From contig NW_024704743.1 in assembly GCF_018977255.1 (NCBI RefSeq), positions 78,308,001 through 78,368,000 on the forward strand: a stretch of DNA of 60,000 bases, read 5' to 3'. Origin of the DNA: Callorhinchus milii. Taxonomy: Eukaryota. The position numbers and the translations under genes are program-made. The notes under the pieces are model-generated. The model ran no database searches. It was given only the letters and a program-made list of their open reading frames with translations, and was not told the DNA's origin. Shown here one piece after another: positions 36,500 through 49,140 of this stretch (position 1 is the stretch's first letter; each line of letters starts with the position of its first letter).

Positions 36500-36860
36500 A
36501 ACAGTGATGATCTTCAGTGACAAACTCTGAGGACTCACCTAGACAAACTAGGTCTTTTCAGCATTGAAAGGCAACTTCTCAAAGAAGTATGTAAGATGCT
36601 AAATGGCACAGGTAATTTAAATCTAGAACAACACTTTCAGATGCAGCAAGACAGCCTGAAAAGAAGGCACATGTTCAGGATTGTGAAGGGCAAGGTTAGG
36701 TCAGATGCTGAGACCTATTTCTTTACACAGAGGATAATCAACAGATGGAGTTGGTTACCAGGAAGAGTAGTTGAGGACACAACATTGAATTAATTAATTT
36801 AAAAGGTAGCTCAATGTTCACAACAGAAAGATAATAGGAATCATGAGATCAAAAAGGGTG
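36500..36860 (+). mobile_element. Old CR1 3' fragment
   Basis: LGLFSIE...YFFTQRIINRWSWLPGRVVE, the CR1 ORF2 C-terminus. Confidence 0.75.
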
Positions 36861-37129
36861 AAGATATTTCTTTTGATATCACTTGTCATGAGTTTCAACA
36901 GCAGTTGCTACAATATGCTTTAATTCAAACTGTACTTAACTTTCTGTAATGTATTACAGACTAAACATTACAAAACAGGATATAGATCAGTCATGATTCC
37001 CTCCTGCATAAAAAACAACTTACTGAATATATGAGACACATTCTGGTACGATGCAAAATATAATATACAGAGGTCATTGTATTTCATTCTCTGAAGGCAT
37101 TAATTGACACTAATGAACTTAAAAGATGG

Positions 37130-37480
37130 CAAGATTGGTCTGGATGATTAGGCCTTTCGGCGCATCCGATCTCATCCTCCAGGACACCCACAGTCCCTCA
37201 TTACTGCATTAAACTGCTTGTTAAATGAGTCCAGCCTCAACCACCTTTCCAAGCAATCTGTTCCAGTCATTAATTACCCTCTGGGTAAAGAAAAACTTCC
37301 TGGTATCTGTCCTGAAATTGTCCTTTACAATTTTAAACCTATGGTTCCTCTTGTTCTACTGTCTTGGTGCATCTTAAAGTATTGTTCTGGGTTTACTTTT
37401 TAAATCCTATTTAAAATGTTATATATTTCTATAAGGTCCCCTCTAATATCTTCTATCAAGAATCAAGAATCTTCCCTACC
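37130..37480 (-). mobile_element. Old CR1 3' fragment
   Basis: Minus strand reads FFFTQRVINDWNRLLGKVVEAG. Confidence 0.7.
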
Positions 37481-38331
37481 TTGTCTAATTGCTGCTCATG
37501 GGGTCATGGCTCATCCCCCTGCCAAGGATACCAGTAACTCATAGAAGCATCGACTCTATTTGTAAGCTTAGACTGTGATGATCACTAGGCCAGTCAATTA
37601 TTATGGGGTGGAAGAAGGAAAGATTCGTCACAGCTAAACCTGTTCTCATCTGACGTTCACACCTCCAGAGTTTCCAGCAGAGATCGCTGAATAGCAATCA
37701 GGAATAGAAACTTGGCTGATTTTTTTAGCACCTCCTCCTATCGCTGTGAAAGAAGTCAGCTAGCTCAGCACAAATCAGGGATTATATCCAAGACCTGCCT
37801 GATCTGCAGGTTCAGCACCATATGATGTAATACATTTCTATTCTGCTATATAACACTGCACAAGAAAACACAGCAACACTTCAGATCAATTACTGTACAA
37901 CATTTCAACTACAGCGTGTACAACCTGCCATCAAAAGAGTATAAGTCAAAATCGGCAGATCTTATTCAAGAACAAAATCATTCCGCTATAAATTTCGCTT
38001 GGCGAGAATGGATCATTTTAGAAATAACTCCACAAAATGAAGTCTAAGTGCACAGGTCACAGCAATGGTTTGTCCACCCATATTTAGCAGGTAAAATGAG
38101 CAATATATTTTTCTATCTTTCCTTATCTTGTCATTTCCTCTCTTGGCTGGTTGGGGAGATATGGAATCTTGATTGGGAAAGGACTTGCAATGCCCCAAGC
38201 ATTCAGTCACATCAAAGTAAAATAATGTTTTAAGGTTTGTTCATCAATTAACAATAAATCATTGTAAAGGCAGACTATCTGACCTTTCACCTGTTCGTAC
38301 AAAGAGACGATGTAGACAATGTTATACTCAC

Positions 38332-38385
38332 CTGCTTCCCATCAGCTCCTGAGCTTCCAGGTTGACCTGGCATTCCCTTATATCC
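38332..38385 (-). CDS. col21a1: Gly-X-Y exon GYKGMPGQPGSSGADGKQ
   Basis: 54 nt, accag| and |gtgagt. Confidence 0.93.
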
Positions 38386-40556
38386 CTGGTCATAGGAACA
38401 GACTTTAATACATTATGTCATGACACCTACAGGTTCTTTTATCATTAGCAGTTATTAAAAATACAACAAAGGCCATTTGTGAACACAGAAGATGGTCGGA
38501 CTTATCAGCTATAAACCATACAAAGCAGAAAATATCAAAAGGGAATTAGATAAGATGTTTGAAAAATAGAAATATTAAAATAATGTGGGGAGTGAGCAGG
38601 AGAGTAGGATTAGATTCCAAGTTTACATTTAAATACCAAAGTCTGCATGACATCCCAAAGTGCTTGATGGTCTTGACTTGGCAATAGGTGGCTCATGTGA
38701 ATAAAATCACTGTGCAGACTTGATGGACCAAATGGTCAGTTTCTATACTCTAACAATCTATGATTTTAAGTTAATCAATGATATTACTGTTTAAATTCTC
38801 ACCTTTACAAGGGCAAGTGGTTGAAATTTCATATACTTATGCTATTTATGCAGCATTTCAGAGCATCCAGAATTTAATAATCCTTGCATTTGATGGAGAG
38901 TCTTATCACGTCATCAAGACTTCTCCGTATTTTATTGCGAAGTATAGTGACTGTGTATGTGTAGGCAAATGCAGCAACTGATTTGGATACAGCAATGTCC
39001 CATTAATAGGCATTAATAATAAGAATAAGACTCCTTGCTAATGTAAATGATTTGTTTTATTTTTGGGGATCATTGGACAAGACATCGGGAAAAACTCTGT
39101 TCTCTTTTATGAATACTGCCATGGGAACTTTTAATAAATTTGGCAAAGAGTTCAATTTAGTCTTAATTTTGAAGCTAGTTCTCAATAACCTAAACAACTT
39201 GCCAATTTCAGCACACAGTAAAATGCTACAGAATGTAGAATAAATCTAGATCCCATTTCTCCCCAAACATTCTTTACAGATATATTTATAGATTTATATT
39301 TATCTTCTGATGAAATCCAGTGTCTCTGTGAGCTTGTTTGGTATTTCAATACACAAGAAAAATGTAGAGACACATTCAATAAAGGTGAATAGAATCAATG
39401 ACAAACAATATGGTTTGCAGGAATGATATCAAGCTGAAGTAGACGCACCTTGGGCTATAAAAAGAATAAACGTAATCGGACAACTGAAATCTGTTTATGC
39501 TACCTTGGGGAACTGTGTAATGATGTTTTCCATTAGCTCTGGGAGAAAGCTTGGAAAATATTTATCTTTGATATTTTGCTTATATATGTTTACAGCGTTT
39601 CTATGCATCACACATTATTCACCAGCTAGAAATGAGAAATCTTCTTCTGATCAGACATGAGAAGCCCAACCTTTCTTTGGCCCCTAATGTTAGGAACAGT
39701 AACTGTTTAGTGCACAGAATATCCTTTCCCCAGTTGCCCAGTAATGCATGCCCAGCAAAGCTGAAGGAGTGTAGACATCAGTGACGATAGGATCAGACTC
39801 AACTACAATCCACTTTCCAAGAACTGAGGAAAATCAACTTTCAAATTAAGAATTACATTTTTTTTCGCAAATTCTGCATTCTTTTAAATTCGAGGACAGT
39901 GGTTTTAAAGCGAAGACAAAAAAAAATTGGGGGCGTCAGATCTTCAAGATGTCTTATATATCACCCCAGCATAACTAAAAATCAATATACCGCCATCTAG
40001 TGTTTAAGATTAGATTCCAGCAGAAGAAAGTTTGATGATATTAGCAAAACTGTAACGAAGCTGCCTGAGTAACCGGTTGTCGAGTCCAAAGAGTGAGAAA
40101 TGTGATTGATTGTGCTTGTGGCAATGAAAAAGGGTAAGTAATGATGCAACGTTGTACTAATGGTAAATGGCACACTGCTGAGCCAGCCAGTGAGACACTG
40201 TTGTTTCTGAGCAGGGTTCCCACACTTCCTATGTTGCATTTCTGGATACTGATGGGAGTCGCAGTTTTGACTCTGCCTGTGAATATCACATTTTAGACCC
40301 TGCAGTGAGTAGATTGACTTTTCTAAACCAACAAATAATAATAATAATAATCTTTGCAATTGATATAGCGCCTTATCACATCGTTGAGCCGTCTCAAAGC
40401 GCTTCACAGAATATACTGTAAAGTGAATTGACTACATATTTTGTGCGCAAAACGCGACAACCAATTTTGCACAGCAGTTTCCCACAAACAGTCGTGGATT
40501 GACTAATCAAATTATTATTATTTAGTCCTGGAATAACTGAGAAGAAGTTAACTCAC

Positions 40557-40640
40557 TTTTTGTCCAGGAAGACCAGGTAATCCAGAGGGTCCTGAAGAGC
40601 ATTCGCAAACCGGCATAGGTGGCATTCGGTCAGCTGGGCA
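40557..40640 (-). CDS. col21a1: Collagen XXI-like exon: Cys linker and start of triple helix (CPADRMPPMPVCECSSGPSGLPGLPGQK)
   Basis: 84 nt, gtgaag| and |gtgagt; CxC followed by Gly-X-Y. Confidence 0.93.
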
Positions 40641-40768
40641 CTTCACAAAACAAATTATAGAGTTTTAGTGTGAGAGATATGTTTGTTTCTTTAAAGCAGC
40701 AAAACTAATGTAAAAATACAGAATTACTTCAATTGTTTGCTAGTACCAAAAATACAAACACTACTTAC

Positions 40769-40780
40769 CCTTTCATCATC
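40769..40780 (-). CDS. col21a1: Collagen XXI-like 12-nt microexon (DDER)
   Basis: Minus strand reads a T-rich tract ending ctgttttag|GATGATGAAAGG|gtaagt. Frame-neutral, located between the TSPN end and the Cys linker. Confidence 0.85.
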
Positions 40781-43700
40781 CTAAAACAGAAAAAAAATAA
40801 CAATTACATGACAGTACATAGCAGATACATCAGAAATGTTCACCTCACCTGTCACACCCATTTCTTTTGTACATTAATAAATTCATCATAGTCAAAATCA
40901 GAATTTCTGAACAGAATATGTGCTTCACAAAAGATAATCCACAAGCACAAAAAAATTGTGCTTTGATTCCTTTCAGTTTGCAGTTTGAGATTATATAACG
41001 TTATTAGTGAAACTACAGATCTTTCAAAATACATATATTATAATAACTGCAGTCTTGCAAATTTGTTACAGTTGGGACAATAAACACGGCATTTGACAAT
41101 GTACCTCAAATCTACTTCATGTTAAAACTTAAGGATAGGATCTTTATTTTACCAATATATTTAAAGCATTTGGCAATTAATTCTTAGGATTTAAAATTTC
41201 GCTTTCGTTTGATGTGCAATTAAATCTCTGATCAAAATGGAGCAAAGCAGGACAACAAAGGAGGATCAACAATGATGATGAGAGAGCAAGAATAATAAGT
41301 AACTGGAAAATAGTTGTGGCTCTAAAACTGGGTTAACGTGAATAAGTTAGAAAATAGTAGCAATGAAAGCATCAAATGCTCTCTTTACAATGAAATTGCA
41401 ATTGATGGCGCAACAGTAAAGATTGAACTTATCTAAAGTTGACTCACTAATACTTATAGAAGACTATAAGCCATTCTGCTTATACGGTCCCTATGGAACT
41501 CCGTCCTGGAGTCACTCCAACTCGCTCCTTCCCTTCCTTCGTTCAAGACCCATCTCAAGACCTGCGCTTTTGGTTATTTTTCTCCACCCCCCACCCATTC
41601 AGCTCCCACTCCCAGATCGGGTGCCGAGCTAGCAGTGTCAAGACATCATCCCAAAGTAAAATGAGCTATATAAATTTGAATTGTATTGTATTACTGCAAC
41701 CAAACTGTATTTTATGTAAATATTGCAGAGTTTAGCAAAAAACAATTGTTACAAGACTTCAGCAACTACTGATCTGTAGGCCATTTCAGAGTAGAGTAGT
41801 TGAAAACAGAAAGTATGTGGTGCTTTGATTTGAAGAACTGTATTCTTAATTCAGAGGAAATGGGAGCAACTCAGAAGATTAAAAAATAACTACTCCGGTC
41901 TGAGACTTCACAAAAAAGTAGATGTAGAAGCTTGGAAGCTTAAGGCAATTTGAAATTGAACCAGCAGAAGAAGTATTAGAAATTCAAAACAGCATTTATA
42001 TTTCCTGCTCTAAAATCACGTTTGCCCGGGGCTGAGGAGAGTTCTGTGTCACTGAGCATATGTGCCGAACTCAGATGACTAGCACGAAATTATTGTTTTA
42101 AATTTATTAAAGGCCAGGTTACACAAACCCACATCTTTGCTACATTAAAAGCGGTTGCTTCGAGCACCCAAACACTTTTATGAAGCCAGATTTGAGCCAT
42201 CCAAATCTATTTTCTGGCTAAAACACTCCCTCAACTTATTTTTGCAGGCAATTTCCAACACAAACCGCTTTGCGATCATGCACTTTAAACAGTGATTATA
42301 TTCCACTATGATTCTGAAGCGGTGGGACAAGTGCAGTATAAATAGAACGTTAGGCTGACGAGAATTATACATCGAAGTTCTGCTATGTTAGTATTGATAG
42401 ATAATCACATGACTTTAACAGCAACTTTGACTAATTGTAACACCTTTACTTAAATTGTATCTAATTCAGAAAGTTTGGCTTGAAGCATTTGCATCATGCC
42501 ATTATTACTTGGTTTGCTTTCACTTATTTCAATCAATTTATTTCATTGTGTTGGTTGCTGAATGTGTTAACTAACCCACATATGCTTTTGAAGATTTGTT
42601 TAGCTATGTATAGCACTTAGAAAATGCTGTGGCTACAAACCTAAAAGGGGCAGCTGAAAAAACACAAGATTACTTATAAATCTTTAAAGAATTGCCCGGC
42701 TTTAACCAAAGTTTGGGTTTGCAGGTCTGTACCAGCTTAAGATTTTATCTTTATTTGTTGTCATTTGCATTTTCTCCACAATTGGAAACAGTATTGTGAT
42801 ATATCCGTAAAATATATGGATCCTGCGTTTCTGTAATTCAATCTGTTTTGACTAGCTGTTAAAGTTCATAATTTGATATTTAAATTGTCTATTTTCTGAC
42901 CTTAACTGCATGAACTGGTGATCAATCACAACTCTATGCAAATTAACAAAATAATGATGGGTTTATGTAGAATCCAATTGTTTTATTTCAAAGCTTTTGC
43001 AAGCTTTCGTCCTCAAATACTTTAAAATAATAAATTGGTCTGCTTCTGAGGGGTAAGAGATAATTTTGTTCAGCTCCAAAACAGAAGAAGATTTTTACAC
43101 TGCAAACCAAAATCGTTTCTCTAACTTCAACATTATGCATCATTCAAATGAGATATTAAACATCTTCTCTTTGTTAAAAAACAGTGATTTATTTCTCCCT
43201 GTGTCCCGTCAAAATCTCCCCAAATAAAAAAAAATTCTCATTAACTCTATGGCTGTTTGTGGAGCATTGCTGTGGATAAATTAGCTGCTGCATTTGCCCG
43301 CAAAATACACAGTCACACCACGCTATACCAATTACAAGGATTATTATATATGATATCAAATGTAAAACATGTAAAAATGTGATTTGTAGTTGTTGGTATC
43401 AGAAAGACACCAAGCCTTTACTTATCTTTATTTGTCTACAGTAACTAGTTAATTATGAAATCCTATTTATAGCCCTGGATAGAGAGGTTGTATGCGCACA
43501 CAAATGAGTTAATACCCACTATATCAACAGCTTCATTTAAATGACAAACATGTTACTTGTTAAAAGGAGGTTTAAGTTAAATAAAAATGACGACTGTTGG
43601 TGTATCATTTAATGATTCACAAAGATTATATCTGGGCATTGGTCTGTGAAACTAAATATTTTGGCAAAGCCGTGAACACTGTTTATAAGCACTAAAGATA

Positions 43701-43840
43701 TCATCTTAGGTTTTGTTCCTCAAAGCTTAACATAATATTTGTAGAGAACTTAGTTTTGAATGTTATTTGTCGAATTCAATTCACTTCAAAGATTTGCTGT
43801 ATACTTCAGAACATCAAAACTTCCAAGTCGTCTTAAACTA

Positions 43841-44067
43841 ATGGGGGAAAATTTCACCTGAGTCTAGATTCACTTTATTTATGCAGCATTTCAGAGTGTC
43901 CAGAATATGGCAAATTGTTAAATAAAACCTCAATTTTGAAGACAATTTTCTATAAGTTCTTTAAAGAACTATGGAGAACTGACCAAAGTTAAGGCTGAAT
44001 TCAACAAGTTGTGAATTTCTGCACACTCTGAAATGATACATAAAGTGAATGTGAAATTCCTCCCCAT
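43841..44067. mobile_element. MITE-like element with imperfect terminal inverted repeats of about 55 bp
   Basis: Left ATGGGGGAAAATTTCAC...ATTCACTTTATTTATGCAGCATTTCAGAGTGTCCAGAA versus reverse complement of the right end ATGGGGAGGAATTTCACATTCACTTTATGTATCATTTCAGAGTGTGCAGAA; related copy at about 38815-39265. Confidence 0.65.
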
Positions 44068-44364
44068 AAATCTCTACTCTGTAGTGCACAAATTCAACAG
44101 CTTTGTTGTTGATTCGCACAAGGCGTCAGAATGATGTTCAAATTGCAGAAGTCGTCAAAGTTTATTCCAGCAACTGAACAAGGGAACTTTAAAAGTGCTC
44201 CTGAGTGTTGTTGGCTCTTGTTATCCATTACCAGAAAATGTGCCCTGTGACAAAGTGCAGATTTATCACGGAATCCAATGTGTATTACACCAACTCATGA
44301 GACTCCAAGGCTGCTGCTCAAGATTGCCTCAACATCGTAGTGTGACAACTCGGCTTGATGTACT

Positions 44365-44687
44365 TAATAATAATAATGATAATAATCCTTGCATTTGATA
44401 TAGCGCTTTTCACGTCGGGAGGACATCCCAAAGCGCTTCACAGAACACACTGTAAAGTGAATTGACTGTATATTTGTGGGCGAACGTGGCAGCCAATTGC
44501 GCACAGCAATGTCCCACAAACAGCCGTAGATTGAAAATGACCAATTTATTATTGGTTTTGGTTTTGGAGGGATTATTATTAGGCATGTGGAGTAAGGAAA
44601 CTTGCCCAAGGTTTCGCCCTGACTGGAATTGAACTCAGGTCTCTCGCTCGCAAAGCGAGTGCTCTAACCACTGAGCTACAGGACTCC
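44365..44687 (-). mobile_element. Young tRNA-Ala-headed SINE
   Basis: Near-identical to family consensus. Confidence 0.92.
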
Positions 44688-45924
44688 ACAAATACTTGGG
44701 TATTCCTGCTGAAAAATACAATTGGCACCACTCCACAAGGTGCCTATATCTGAGGCAAGGATCAGTAATATTGCGGCTTTCCTCACAGTGCCTTTTCAAC
44801 CCCAATTGTTAGTTGTAAATCTGAGCACCTTACAAACTACATTACAAAAAGTAACATAGAGATCCTGTGTTTCCAGCTGCAATAATTGCATTTATCTAAA
44901 GCATAAGTTAAAAGGATTTGTGAATGTGAAGAATTTACCTTTTAAAATTCTTTCACACATTTGCTGATTGATAAGATAATCAACAAAGATACAGGAAGCT
45001 TTATTTATTAAACAAAGTTCCCCTCCAGTAGCAATGACACAACACCAGTAATAGCCGCACCAAAGATGGAAAATGTTATGGATGCCATTCCCGATAAGTG
45101 TCGTAACACCATTAATCGTCGATCAGAAGGCAATTGGGTAAGTTTGCCAAATAGACAAAACAATTACATGTTGCCTCTCAGCTGCACATATTTACAAGTG
45201 TAAAGGACAATTCTACCCATTCAAGGTGAGAATTCTAAATATCTACAACTGAAAATTAGGTAAACAAACCATTTTTTTCCTAGCTTCTGTTGTGTATTAG
45301 TGTGCAAGTCTCAGGGCTTTCCACTAAATAAAAAGTACATTTTAATAAAAATCCTATGGACACAGCCATGCACACACTCACAAGCATCTCCATCCTCACC
45401 TCCACATTTTAAACAAAAGGTATTCCCAAGGAAGGAGGGTAGAACAGTTTGCATTTAAAGGAGCACTTCATTTAACAAGAACTGCACAATATGTGAGTAA
45501 TGAACCTTTCTTAATTTATTATCCTCAATATATCAAACAACTTTAAGAAGAAGAAAAGTCTGTCTGGCCTGGGTGCACCCCTCTCCTGTGTGTGGGCAGA
45601 AAAAAAAGGATTATTTTGCTGCTAGAAAGTGCTAAGGATAAGCACTCTAGCAATAGATTAAGCTCCCGCAAGTCAAAATACAATGTAATATGTGTTTATA
45701 TAGTGCCTTTCACATCAGAAGGATGTCTGAAAGCATTTTACAATGCTGGCTGACATCTGTACTGTGAGGTGGCAGCTGTAGAGGGTGGGGAGGGGAAAGA
45801 TGACCGAAAGCATGGTCAAAGAGGTATGTCTGGAGGCTGACATTCAATTTGGGAGAGAGAGAGTGAGCGAGTAGGAAAGACTCCATGGAAAGTGAAGTAA
45901 TGTACATTGCTCTTGTTTTCTCAC

Positions 45925-46002
45925 CACTGAGGGTATCTCACAGGCAGTCTCTTGATCACTTTGCTGTGGGTCACAGTAGAGTCTAAGCTTCTGTATTTCG
46001 AT
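45925..46002 (-). CDS. col21a1: Collagen XXI-like exon: end of TSPN (IEIQKLRLYCDPQQSDQETACEIPSV)
   Basis: 78 nt, aaacag| and |gtgaga; translated by hand. Confidence 0.93.
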
Positions 46003-47090
46003 CTGTTTAACAAAAAGATATTTGAAACGAAATATAAATCATGAGCAAAACAAACACAACTTGAAGAATCTTTCAGTTCAGTAAATACCAGCTGAGAATC
46101 ATTTAGGTTGCTTTTTGACATTTAATATCATTTAATATTTGGAAACATTCGGCTCATAATCAATACATGCTACCTAGACACATCTAATAAAGTCTTTTAT
46201 TTTACAATTATTTGTTTAAACAGGTCAGTATCCAATGAATGATTGCTTATCTTAGGGTATTATTGGGGAGGGCGGGGGAGGAAAGTAAAAGCCGAGTCTT
46301 CTTAGTGCTGAGCCAGCTCTAAGGATAGTCACCTGCTTAGCAATGGAATATTGGACCAGAGTCTATCATCTCTGAGGTCTCACTAGGCCAGTTTGTGAGC
46401 CAACAGACCAGCCAGCCTCATCAGCAAGACTTGTAGAGGTAGACTGGGCACTGGGGAAAGAGATTCTTCCCACTCAGCTCCTGTTAACCATGTAACCAAA
46501 GCCGTAATGGGTAGGATGGTATTAGCTGGATAAGCAGTGGGAAAGCTTGTTAGACAGTGTTGGCAAAGGCAAGCTATGCAGTATTAATTGGTTAAACTCA
46601 CCACACACTCTGGGTCTCCAATTCTTGGCTTTTGCCAACCTGTGCCTAATATTTTCTGGGTTTAGATGAGCAGGGTGTTCCCTCCAGGAAAGAATTAGGG
46701 CTTTTGCTTGCTGAAATGATGATTTTAAGGGGGAAGTAGCCATATATCTATAGCTCAGCTCCCCTTAAAGTGGTGACTGTAGACAGATTCTGGGGGGGCT
46801 GAGTCCCTCTAGACATAGACACCCACTACCTATGTGCACAGCAATGTCCCACAAACAGCCATGAAATGTATTTCAATTTTGTTAAGGGGACACCAGTAGA
46901 AACTCCTCTTTTTGAATAGTACCTTGGGATCTTTAACGTCCACCTTACCATACAAATGGGGCCTTGGTTCAATGTCTCATCCAAAGGATGGCACCTCCAC
47001 CAATGCACACACTGTGTATTTGTAGGTGAATTGGGGATGGAAAGCACAGGTATAAATATTCTGCAATGGTTGCCAATTTATATTATATGT

Positions 47091-47403
47091 GGGGTCCTGT
47101 AACTCAGTGGTTAGAGCACTCGTCTCGCAAGCGAGAGACCTGGGTTTGATTCCCGGCAGATCAAATCTTGGGCAAGTTTCCTTACTCCACACTGATAAAA
47201 ATCCCTCAAGAAGAAAAAAATAAGCAATAATAAATTGGTCACTTGAATGCACAACTGTTTGTGGGACACTGTTGTGCGCAATTGGCTGTTGCGTTTCGCC
47301 CGCAAATATACAGTCAATTCACTTTACAATATATTCTATGAAGCGCTTTGAGACAACGAGAAGATGTGAAAAGCGCTATATCAAATGCAAGGATTATTAT
47401 TAT
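47091..47403 (+). mobile_element. tRNA-headed SINE
   Basis: Family head, body and tail. Confidence 0.9.
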
Positions 47404-47714
47404 ATGAGTTTCAAGCCCTGTCTTGGGGCTTAAACCCACAACTTTCTGACTCATAGGTGAGAGTGCTACCAACTGAGCCAGGATGACACACTTTATACAA
47501 TACAACTTTTCCACAACCTAACTTTGATAATATCTTAAATAGTATAACAATGTTATCCCTCAACTTTTATCCAATTGATTACTATGATCTCATGATTCTA
47601 GGCTGAATCTTGTGCATTCAAACTTTATTACAGAAAATAAAAATAATCACTTCTTTATGCTGGAAGTGACTGTATCTAAAGGTATCTAATTTCCACTAAC
47701 AGTATTTTACTTAC

Positions 47715-47888
47715 AGGCACCAGTGTCTCTCTTTTCACCACCTTGGCAACCTGTGTCTTCCCATTTATGAAGATTGGAATAACTTTCTCAAGACGCTGGT
47801 TGCGAATTTTGACATCATCCAGGAAGCAGGAAACTTCTATTTCCAGCACCACAAGCTTTAACTGGTGCCAGTCTTCATCAAACAATTT
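47715..47888 (-). CDS. col21a1: Collagen XXI-like exon: TSPN (KLFDEDWHQLKL...RETLVP)
   Basis: 174 nt, caacag| and |gtaagt, phase 0 to 0; LFD..WHQL LamG motif. Confidence 0.95.
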
Positions 47889-48814
47889 CTGTTGAACAAA
47901 ACAATAAAATATTACCACTGTATTCAAAAGACTGAAGTTACTATTTATGTCTGTGCTTTACACACCCAATTCCCCTACAAATACACAGGCGCTGCATGTC
48001 ACAATAAAATCCTGTGTCTCCAACATGATAACCATAACATTTACAGCCACAGCTTCTATTGGGAAAAAAAGTCTATTATAATTCCTAATTTTGCAGAGTA
48101 AGTAAACGTTTTTCCAATAAACAAAGTAAGAACTCTGATTTGAGCTGGCTTTATAATGTTTATTTTTGCTCTCTTAATTATGCAGAATGTACAATTGACT
48201 TTTGTAAAAGAGATGTCTGTACACTTAATGGTGTTTCTTACTCCTCCCTCATTTCCATTTATATTCTTTGATAACAGTGGTCAGAGGAATCCCTGAGACA
48301 GACATTTTGTGTGAAATTCCCTCTGTCAGTGACACCCTGTTTCTCTGCATCATGAACAGGACCAGTGATTTGTGGGCATTTCTTCCCTTTCATGTCACTG
48401 CAAAAGGTCTTTATTGGAAGGTTTGACAAAATGTATACTTTCAGGTTGCCTATGAATGGTAGTTTTAAAGTGCAGCAGTGAAATATAGCTATCAGTGTGA
48501 GCTTTACTGTTTCACAGTATTTATCCAGCTAGGACAGTCCAACAAGTTAGGGTTTTGACTTGTATGGCTTTGGGCATGCTTACACCTCTAGGTTGTATTA
48601 TCAGCCAAACATCTGGTCAGCCATCAACAGTGCCATAGATTACTGTACATCAGCCGGGCAGGTCTCCTCAGAGCTGCTCAGTCACAGAAAAAACCTGCTT
48701 ACATTCCATCCCACAGACACTTTTAGACTGAGTACTCATTATCAAGTCCAAACGGGCTGAGTGGATTAATCCCAAACTGCTGGTGCTCAAATTCCCAGGA
48801 ACATTATTAATACT

Positions 48815-49137
48815 TATAATCCTTACATTTCATACAACTCTTTTCACATCAGGAGGAATTCTCAAAGTGTTTAACAGGATTCACTATAAAGTACAATCAA
48901 TCTGTATTCTGTAGGTGAACACAAAAGCCCACTTGCAAATAGCAATAACCCACAAACAGCCAAGGAGTAAATGATCAATTTTATTTGGGGGGTTATTGGT
49001 CAGGACACTAGGAGAAACTTTCTTCTCTTTTTGAATAGTGACACGGAATTTTTAACAGCCACATGATAAGGCAGAGGACCTCAGTTCAAAGTCTCACCCA
49101 GAGGGCAGCGTCTCCAGCAATGCAGTACACCCCCAGC
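48815..49137 (-). mobile_element. Older Deu-domain SINE
   Basis: Degenerate Deu-like core and family tail. Confidence 0.7.
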
Positions 49138-49140
49138 ACT

